Source: the human T2T-CHM13v2.0 reference genome, Homo sapiens
Length of the DNA: 64,000 bases
Direction: 5' to 3' (one strand)
Assembly (NCBI RefSeq): GCF_009914755.1
Contig: NC_060928.1
Positions 54,865-64,000 of this stretch are shown here, piece after piece (position 1 is the stretch's first letter; each line of letters starts with the position of its first letter). A program made the position numbers and the translations under genes. The notes beneath the pieces are model-generated. The model did not search any database, had not been told where the DNA came from, and saw only the letters and a list, made by a program, of their open reading frames with translations.

Positions 54865-57800
54865 TGATATGGTTTGGCTGTGTCCCTGCCGAAATCTCGT
54901 CTTGAATTGTAGCTCCCATAATCCCTATGGGGGTATTTGATATGGTTTGGCTGTGTCCCTGCCCAAATCGCGTCTTGAATTGTAGCTCCCATAATCCCTA
55001 TGTATGGTGAGAATGACCTAGTGGGAGGTAATTGAATCATGAGGGTGGGTTGTTCCCATGCCGTTCTCATGATAGTGAATAAGTCTCATAAGGTCTGATG
55101 GTTTTATAAAGGGCAGTTCCCCTGTACATGCTCTCTTGCCTGCTGCCATGTAAGATGTGCCTTTGCTCCTCCTTCGCCTTCCGCCATGATTGTGAGGCCT
55201 CCCCAGCCATGTGGAACTGTGATTTCAAAAACTTCTTTTTCTTTATAAATTACCCAGTCCCAGGTATGTATTTATTCACAGTATAAAAATGGACTAATAC
55301 AGTAAATTGGTACCAGGAGTGGGGTACTCCTATAAGGATACCTGAAAATGTGGAAGCGACTTAGAAACTGGGTAACAGGCAGAGGTTGGAAAAGTTTGGA
55401 GGGCTCAGAAGAAGACAGGAAGATGTGGGAAGTTTGGAACTTCCTAGAGACTTGTTGAATAGCTTTGATCAAAATGTTGATAGTGATATGGACAATAAAG
55501 TCCAGACTCATCAGATGAAGATGAGGAACTTGTTGGGAACTGGAGTAAAGGTCACTCTTGCTATGCAAAGATACTGGTGACATTTTGCCTCTGCCTTCGA
55601 GATCTGTGGAACTTTGAACTTCAGAGAGATTAGGGTATCTGGTGGAAGAAATTTCTAAGCAGCATTGTGTTCAAGAGGAGGCAGACGATAAAAGTTTGAA
55701 AATTTTGCAGCCTGCTGATGCAGTAGAAAAGAAAAACCCATTTTCTGGGGAGCAATTCAAGTCAGCTGCAGAAATTTGCATAAGTAACAAGGTTCAAAAT
55801 GCTAATCACCAAGACAATGGGGAAAATATCTCCAGGGCATGTCAGAGACCTTCACTGCAGCCCCAGGCCCAGTGGCCTAGGAGGGAATGGGTAAACAGAC
55901 CTGTTCCAAATGGGAGAAATTGGCCAAAACAAAGGGGTTACAGGCCCCATACAAATCTGAAATCCAATAGGGCAGTCATTAAACCTCAAAGCTCCAAAAT
56001 AATCTCCTTTGACTCCATGTCTCACATCCAGGTCACACTGCCGCAAGAGGTGGGTTTTTACAGTCTTGAGCAGCTCTGCCCCTGTGGCTTTGCAGGATAC
56101 AGAGCACCTCCTGGTTGCTTTCATGGGCTGGTGTTGAGTGTCTACAGCTTTTCCAGGTGCATGGTGCAAGCTGTCAATGGATCACAGGCCCAGAGGTCTA
56201 GGAGGTAAAAATGGTTTCCTGGGCCAGGTCCAGGGTCCCTCTACTGTGTGCAGCCAGGACTTGGTGCCCTGCATCCCAGCCGCTCCAGCCATGGCTAAAA
56301 CGGGCCAAGGTACAGCTCAGGCCATAGCTTCAGAGGGTGCAATCCCCAAGCCTTGGCAGCTTCCGCATGGTGTTTGTCCTGCAGGTACACAGAAGTCAAG
56401 TATTAAGGTTTGGGAACCTCTGACTAGATTTCAAAGGCAGGGGTGTGCTGCAGGGTTGTAGCCCTTATGGAGAGCCTCTGCTATGGCAGTGCAGAAGGGA
56501 AATGTGGGGTTGGAGCACCCACACAGAGTCCCCACTGCGGCACTGCCTAGCGGAGCTATGAGAAGAAGGCCACCATCCTCCAGACCCCAGAATAGTAGAT
56601 CCATTGACAGCTTGCACTATGCACCTGGAAAAGCTGCAGACACTCAACACCAGCCCATGAAAGCAACCAGGAGGTGCTCTGTACCCTGCAAAGCCACAGA
56701 GGCAGAGCTGCTAAAGACCGTAAAAACCCACCTCTTGCAGCAGCGTGACCTGGATGTGAGACATGGACTCAAAGGAGATTATTTTGGAACTTTGAGGTTT
56801 AATGACTGCCCTATTGGATTTCAGATTTGTATGGGGCCTGTAACCCCTTTGTTTTGACCAATTTCTCTCATTTGGAACAGGTGTGTTTACCCATTGCCTA
56901 TACCCCCATTGTATCTAGGAAGTAACTAACTTGCTTTTGATTTTATAGGCTCGTAGGCAGAAGGGACTTGCCTTGTCTCTGATGAGAACTTGGACTGTGG
57001 GCTTTTGAGTTAACGCTAAAATGATTTAAGACTTTGGGGGACTGTTAGGAAGGCATGATTGGTTTTGACATGTAAGGACATGAGATTTGGGAGGGGCCCA
57101 GGGTGGAATGATATGGTTTGGCTATGTCTGCTTCCAAATCTCATCTTGAATTGTAGCTCCCATAATTTCCATTGTTGTGAGAGGGACCCAGTGGAAGGTA
57201 ATTGAATCATGGGGGTGGGTTATCAGGGGTACCAGCCCCAATATTTCAACATAGGTACTTTTCTATTTTCCCTAAGTGTCGGCCGGTCTGAGAAATAAAG
57301 AGAAACAGTACAAAAGAGAGAAATTTTACAGCTGGGTCTCCAGGGGTGACATCACATGTCGGCAGGTTCCGTGATGCCCCTTGAGCCACAAAACCAGCAA
57401 GTTTTTATTAGGGTTTTCAAAAGGGGAGGGAGTGTACGAATAGGGTGTGGGTCACAGAGATCACATGCTTCAAAGGCAATAAAATATCACAAGGGCAGAG
57501 AGGCAGAGTGAGATCACAAGGCCAGGGTGAAACTAGAATTACTGATGAAGGTCCATGTCCTGCTGGGCACACATTGTCATTGATGAACAGGAAACAGGGT
57601 TTGAGAGCAGACAACTGGTCTGACTAGAATTTCACCTGGCTGGAATTTCCCAATCCTAGCAAGCTGGGGGGCGCTGCAGGAGACCAGCGTGTATTTCATC
57701 CCTTATCTACAACTGCATAAGACAGACACTCCCAGAGCGACTATTTTAGAGACCTCCCCCTGAGAATACAATATTTTCCCAGGGCTGTTCCTTGCTGAGA

Positions 57801-58547
57801 AAAAGAATTCAGTGATATTTCCCCTATTCGCTTTTGCGAGAAGAGAAATATGACTCTATTCTGCCCAGCCCCACAGGCAGGCAGGCCTTATGGTTATCTC
57901 CCTTGTTCCCTGAAAATGGCTGTTATCCTGTTCTTTTCAAGGTGCCCAGATTTCACATTGTTAACACACATGCTTTACAAACAATTTGTGCAGATAACGC
58001 AATCATCACAGGGTCCTGAGGTGACATACATCCTCAGCTTACGAAGATGACGGGATTAAGAGATTAAAGTAAAGACAGGCATAGGAAATTATAAGAGTAT
58101 TGATTAGGGAAGTGATAAATGTCCATGAAATCTTCACAATTTATGTTCAGAGATTGCAGTAAAGACAGGTGTAAGAAATTATAAAAATATTAATTTGGGG
58201 AACTAATAAATGTCCTTGAAATCTTCACAATTTATGTTCTTCTGCTGTGGCTTCAGCTGGTCCCTCCATTCGGGGTCCCTGACTTCCCGCAATAGTGGGT
58301 CTTTCCAAGCTGTTCTTCTGAGAGTGTATAAGTCTTAAAATATCTGATGGTTTTATAAAGGACAATTCCCCTGCACATGCTCTCTTTCTTACCACTATCT
58401 AAGACGTGCCTTTGTTCCTCCTCTTTCCACCATGATTGTGAGGCATCCCCAGCCATGTGGAAATGTGAGTCCATTAAACCTCTTTTTCTTTATAAATTTC
58501 ACAGTCTTGGGTATGTCTTATTATCAGTATAAAAAAGGACTAATACT
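54865..58547 (+). mobile_element. Complete THE1 (THE1C-like) MaLR provirus: 5' LTR 54938-55301, internal 55302-57108, 3' LTR 57109-58547
   Basis: Two TGATATGGTTTGG...GGACTAATAC LTRs. Internal region starts GTAAATTGGTACCAG; a polypurine tract precedes the 3' LTR. TSD GTATT (54860-54864, 58548-58552). The L1 rejoins across it. Confidence 0.95.
57221..58294 (-). mobile_element. MER11 (HERVK11/HML-8) solo LTR inside THE1 3' LTR
   Basis: Minus strand begins TATTGCGGGAAGTCAGGGACCCCGAATGGAGGGACCAGCTGAAGCC. 6-bp TSD GTGGGT. Confidence 0.93.
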
Positions 58548-60059
58548 GTATTCTTATTTAGGTTGAATCTGTTCGGTGTTTAAGAACTAACTGTACCTGG
58601 ATATTTATATCTTTTTCAAGTTTTGAAACACTTTCTGTTATAGTTTCTTTGAATAGGCTTTCTACCCATTGCTCTTGCTCAGCTCCCTCTTGAATGGCAA
58701 TAATTCTTAGATTTGGTCTTTTGAAATAATTTTCTATGTCTTGCAGGTGGTCTTTATTCCTTTTCATTCTTTTTTTTTCCTTTTTCTCCTCTGAATTTGT
58801 ATTTTTAAATAGCAGGTCTTTGAACTCACTGATTCTTTCCTCTGCTTGCTTCATTCCACTGTTAAGAGCCTCTAATGTGTTTTTCATCTCAGCCAATATA
58901 TTTCATAGTTGCAAGATTTCTGTTTGTCTTTTTATTATTTCAATTTTTTGCTAAATTTCTCTGATCAATTTCTAAATTGATTTTCTATATTATCTTGGAG
59001 ATCACTGAGTTTCCTTAAAACTGCTGTTTTGAATTCTTGATCAGAAAACTCACAAATTGCCATCTCATTTGAGTCAGTCACTGGCTTTTTGATTTGTCCT
59101 TTTGGAGAGATCATGGTTTTCTGTTTGCTCTTGTTTCTTGTGGGTATGCATCTATGTCTTTGCACTGGAGAATTAGTTATTTATTCCAGTTGTCTCTGTC
59201 TAACTTGTTCCAGTTTTTATTGAATACATTTGCTTAGCAATTCTTTACTACTGGATTGCTGCCTCCTTTTCAGCTCTAGGTGACACCTTAAGCCTAGGTT
59301 CATCTCAGCTCTAGTAAACTGTCAGACCACTGCCTGTCCCAAATTGGGAAGGTCCCAAAAGTATTATTCTGGCATCATGGGAAGCTTGGCTAGGGGATTA
59401 TAAAGAGGGGACCTGGGGAACATACCTCCTATAGCTGCTCTTAGTTAGACTCTCCTTTGGCTGAGTTACAGAGCAGAGTTTCTGAGCTGGAGATGGTAGT
59501 CCTGCCTACTTTGTTTGTTTCTGCCTGTCCTCAGAGATAGTTTTCCCTTCAGGCAGTCATGATGCTACTCATGGGTTAAGGCAAGGACAGTTCTCCTGCT
59601 GGTGAACCCAAGAAAATGGGGAAATTTGTTGACAACCTCAATTTTACTTTTTCCAGTGTAGAAACCATGAGTTGAAGGGAGATTTTCCTCACAGGTGGTG
59701 CCTGGGCAGAATTAGTTGGAGGGGTGTCATCCTTGTGAATGTCAGTTGTCCATCATCTGCTCAGTTTTTCCACTTCTCCGCATCCCCAGAAACTGGCTCA
59801 TCCTCATACTTGAGCTCTGGGTTGTTGCTGTTGAAGAACTCAGCGCTGTATATTTGGACTTTTTGTTGTTGCTGTTGGTGTTTGTTGTAATGGGGAATGA
59901 AGCCAGCTTGTCTCTACACCACCATTTTGGATAAAAATATATTTTTTTAATAATCTACTTCCCCTATACTCTACTCAAAAGGTATGTGAGATAGGGATGT
60001 CATGCTAAATGATTTTTAATGCAGAATACATGATTATATACAAAATATATTTTAAAACG

Positions 60060-60663
60060 TGTCAATGAAAAAAGTCAAACTCTGTAAAATATTTGAAGAG
60101 ATTTATTCTGAGTCAAGTATGAGTGACCATGGCCCATGACACAGCCCTTAGGAGATCCTGAGAACACGTGCCCAAGGTGGTTGGGGCACAGCTTGGTTTT
60201 ATACATTTTAGGCATACATGAGACAATGAGCCATCTATCAGATACATTTAAGATATACTTTGGTTTGGTCCAGAAAGGTGAGACAACTCAAAGCAGGTGG
60301 GTCGGGGGAGTGGTGCTTCCAGGCTACAGGCAGATTTAAAAATTTTCTGATTGGAAATTTGTTGAAAGAGTTATCAGTAGAAATAAATGTCTGGGTTATG
60401 ATAAGAGGTTGTAGAGACCAAAGTTTTACCATGCAGATGAAGCCTCCAGGTAGCAGGCTTCAGGGAGAATAAATTGTAAATGTTTCTTATCAAACTTAAA
60501 GTCTGTGTTAATGTTAATGCTGAACGGTATAGTGAGGCATATCCCACCCCCACTTCCATCATGGCTTGAAACAGTGTTTCAGGTTAAATTTTAGAATGAC
60601 CTGGCCAAGGAGGAAGTCCATTTAGATGGTTGGAGGGCCTTAGAATTTTATTTTTGGTTTACA
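60060..60663 (-). mobile_element. MER4-family ERV1 solo LTR
   Basis: AAAAAGTCAAACTCTGTAAAATATTTGAAGAGATTTATTCTGAG...TTTTATTTTTGGTTTACA. Confidence 0.88.
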
Positions 60664-61877
60664 CATGTACTGGAATAATATGTAGCCCATATTGTATATA
60701 CCAGTGAGATTGTGGATGACTATTTTTCTTTGCCATTTTTATTTTGTGGAAAATTCTTATGTAACTTTGTAAGGTATGTTAGAACTCACTGTGAAACCTC
60801 AGGTCCTACTTCTTGTCATAAGGACAGGAAGTTCATGCTCATTTGTTTGCAGGGTCTCATCAGGGTGTAGGAAGATAGGGAGAAAAGCTGATACCGAGTA
60901 GTAATTGTTACCACTTGTTTTGTTTGGTTGATTGGTAGGTTAGTGGGTGGGTTTTATTTTTTAGCCTATTAAATAAAAGCCTTAAAATTAGAAAATTTGG
61001 CAAGAGCTTATCTCAATCATTAAACCAGAATAATTCCAGAATAATTTTTCCAAAACTAATGTATTTACATCAAGTTTGGAGGAAAACATAAAAACTCTTG
61101 AAAATTGTATTGATAGTACCCAGGATGTAAGAACAATCCATTTTAGATCTGCCATCTCAGCAAGCCTCTCTTCAAAATAAAAATCTCTCAATTCTCAGCA
61201 TTTTATTACATACTAAGAATTTTCTTTAGATTTGGCTGAGAAACAACATAGAGTCATAAGTTATAGAATATAGCTGTAGCTGAAAAAAAGAAATGCTTGT
61301 TATAATAAGCCTCTCAGTGGGGGAAAAGTTGGAGACAAAAGGGACAGTTAGAAATAAGTAAAAACCTATGAAAAAGAGCAGAGCTGTTCAAGAAATGATA
61401 CATTAAAAAAAAAAACTTACAAGGATGGCTACATGTTTTAATTTTCAGAGGCACCATATCTTACTGATAATAAAAGCCAAAGCCTTTGTAGGGACTTCAA
61501 AACCCTCCTGGATCCAGCTCCCATTTATTCTCTGACCTCATCTCGTACCGTGTTTTCTGCTCCCTGGATATTCCTCCATCGTTCTCTCAAGGCCTTTGTA
61601 CTTGTTCTATTTTATTGGCATACTCTTCTCCCCACGTGATTTATACCTTCACTTCCACATTGACCAAGAACCATTCAGAAAAACAGACACCACACCAGGA
61701 ATTTCAACAGAAGAAATTTAATATAAGAACTTAATTACACATTAATCTGTGGCACAGAAGTCAGGGTAGTGGTTACCCTTGGAAGAGAGCCTAAGAGGAT
61801 GCTGGAAATGTTTTATTTCTTGGCTTGGGTTTGCAGCATGGCTGCCTTCACTTTGTGAAAAGTCATCGTGTTGTTCA

Positions 61878-62460
61878 CAGTCTATCCTCATTATTCACTG
61901 ACTCTGGAATAATGAATTTACCTAATTGCTAAGATTTATTGGTAACCCCCAAATCAGTACTCACTGAGCTTTGTGGCCATTTGCAGACATACACATTGAG
62001 GGGAAAAATTTGAGTCACCAAGACGCATGCTTTCCTAGCTGTGGTCAGACAAAGCAACTCTCTCATATTGTGTCAGCTCTACTTGTTTCAGCTCTCATAT
62101 TGTAAACAAGAGTCTTTTTTGTGGTCTACTTAATACTACATGGTGTGTGGGATTTTTTTTCTTTTTTGCATTTTCATGCTTTCTGGTGGTGATTTCACTG
62201 TTTAAAATTACCCACAAGAATAGTGCTGAAGTGTTACCTAGTGTGTGTAGGTGTAAGACTGTGATGTGGCTAATGAAGAAAATTCATGTGTTAGCTTCAT
62301 TCAGGTGTGAGTTACCGTGCTATTGGCAGTAAATGCAATGTTAATGAATCAAGCGTATATTTTAAATGAAGTATCTTTAAACAGAAACACACATGAAATA
62401 AGATTATGTGTTGAATGGCCAATTAAAGTGTGACCAGAGGCTTGCAGGAGCCTACCCCTT
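61878..62460 (+). mobile_element. MER82-like TcMar-Tigger MITE
   Basis: CAGTCTATCCTCATTATTC...GAAAAATTTGAGTCACC...GTTTCAGCTCTCATATTGTAAACAAG. A second Tigger end fragment follows at about 62486-62570. Confidence 0.75.
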
Positions 62461-63012
62461 TAATGAAATGTAAGTGCAAAAATTACAGTTGATTTGCATT
62501 ATTTGTGATAGTTATATTGTATAAAATCACCGTGAACACTGAATTAGTGAATGTTGAATCATTGACCTTAAAATATTGAAATAACCCAGATAATGGCTGC
62601 AAGAAGCCAATGGGTTTTGCTCCTCCTTGGGCTAAAGAAAAATGAAAATAATTTAGGGTCATTTGAACCTAACAGTTTGAAAGGTTCTCATACCTTGGGG
62701 GTGATGCCACCTGGTGCTTTGGGTATCTCTGAAGGGATATTATGAAGCTGCTTAAGAAGCCGGAAGCTGGAACCAATTGCTGTTGGGGCATTGTCATTGC
62801 CGGGACAATCTCAACAGAAACACCAAGCAAAGGAGAAGAAAGGATTTCCTCTTCCTTTGTGCCTTCCAGTCTTGCTCTCATATCCTTATTGGCAAAACCT
62901 ATCTCAAAGCCAACTGGAAATAAATAATACATACACATACATTTCATATATGTACATATACATATGTATACACACATATAATGTACTTTACAGAGTTAAA
63001 GTCTAGCATTAC

Positions 63013-63218
63013 ATAGAAGAATATATTTAGATCCGAGAGATAATAGCTTAATAACTATCCTAGTCCATGCTTTAGGCTTCTCAGCATCCATATACACTCT
63101 GCTACATATATTTATTATATAGAAGAATATATATAGATATAAGAGGTAATATTAATAACTATTCTAGTCCACACTTTAGGCTTCTCAGCATCCATGTACA
63201 CCCTGCTACATATATTTA
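63013..63218 (+). repeat. Two-copy tandem duplication, about 105-bp period
   Basis: ATAGAAGAATATAT...TTTAGGCTTCTCAGCATCCAT...CTGCTACATATATTTA occurs twice. Confidence 0.93.
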
Positions 63219-63539
63219 AACTTATAGATAACAAGTGAAGACAGTTTCACTCTCCGCCTAAGAATAGAAGACATCAAGTTCCAACATCATAGTCATCTTT
63301 GAGAAGTCACTGTATCCAACTCTGAGAAATGACTATTCCTCTAAATCACACAAATCCCACCTGAACACTCTGTAACCTAAAGAATGAAGTTTAGCTGACA
63401 ATCCTATATAAAACAATAGAGAAAAATAAGAACGAATAAAAATATTAATTATTAATAAAAATAAGAAAAAACATATACTACACTGCATACATACAACAAA
63501 AAAGAAAATATGACTAAAACATCTCTCAGTTCTCTAGTT

Positions 63540-64000
63540 TGTCACAAAACCATTTGATACATGTAATTTCTTTCTTCTACCACCCCATCACATGTTTCTT
63601 TTGCCCAGTGTTCAGCTGGTTAGGATCCTTTAGATAACGGGATAGTTCAAAACTTTATTCTTAAAGGGTAAGAATACCTGGTGAACCTGTTTGTTTGGGG
63701 TTTCTCTTGGTAGCTTTACATTTTCATTAAACTTTACTATTAAACATGAAGTACTATGACGCACCACAGATGATCTCTTGTATCCAAAACATAGTACTCC
63801 CTACCTGCAATATGTCACAGCAATATAATTTTCCTGAATAGTCCAAACCAATCACCCCAGCCTGTAAAGTACCTCTCTTCTTTGCCTACTAGATCTGTGG
63901 CAAGAGATACCAAAGTGGCTATGTGTAATCTGTTTCATACTGAACACAATTATTGTGTCTTCAAGTAAAGATATTTCTTCTTTGGGAACCAAGATCTGAA
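63540..64000 (-). mobile_element. Decayed ERVL-like internal sequence
   Basis: Remote similarity to an ERVL 3' internal region (ACCAAAGTGGC...CTTTGGGAACCAAGATCT). Confidence 0.35.

Noticed and set aside
55642-56208. Longest ORF (188 aa)
   Set aside because: It is chimeric THE1 internal sequence reading through the inverted insert and uses a non-ATG start; not a gene.
58060-58240. Tandem ~90-bp repeat
   Set aside because: It is a known internal feature of MER11 LTRs, not locus-specific.
58558-58896. 112-aa ORF resembling L1 ORF1p
   Set aside because: It is a fragment of a dead L1 whose ORF1 is interrupted by the THE1 provirus.

Overview
This is primate (human-like; AluY present) AT-rich, repeat-dense, non-coding genomic DNA. 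It has no CpG island, no recognisable protein-coding gene and no RNA gene. The ORFs in the track are short and fall in Alu/L1/LTR sequence or look random. The content is mostly transposon fossils: Alus, MIR/L2/CR1 relics, hAT and Tigger MITEs, about 12 solo LTRs, and a near full-length old L1. That L1 hosts two Alus and a complete THE1 MaLR provirus, whose 3' LTR in turn carries a MER11 LTR. I found no new protein-based system. The most unusual signal is a set of locally templated rearrangements. (1) A 201-bp, 99%-identical copy sits 2.35 kb from its source. (2) A fold-back plus jump copy derives from 1.9 kb away. (3) A 298-bp inverted copy inside the THE1 interior has microhomology junctions. 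(4) There is a perfect 38-bp palindrome and several tandem duplications. Most L1s and LTRs lie on the minus strand, which hints that this is an intron of a plus-strand transcript. A few splice-site-bounded candidate exons are flagged at low confidence. Repeat subfamily names come from recalled consensus sequences, not from a search, and old-repeat boundaries are approximate.
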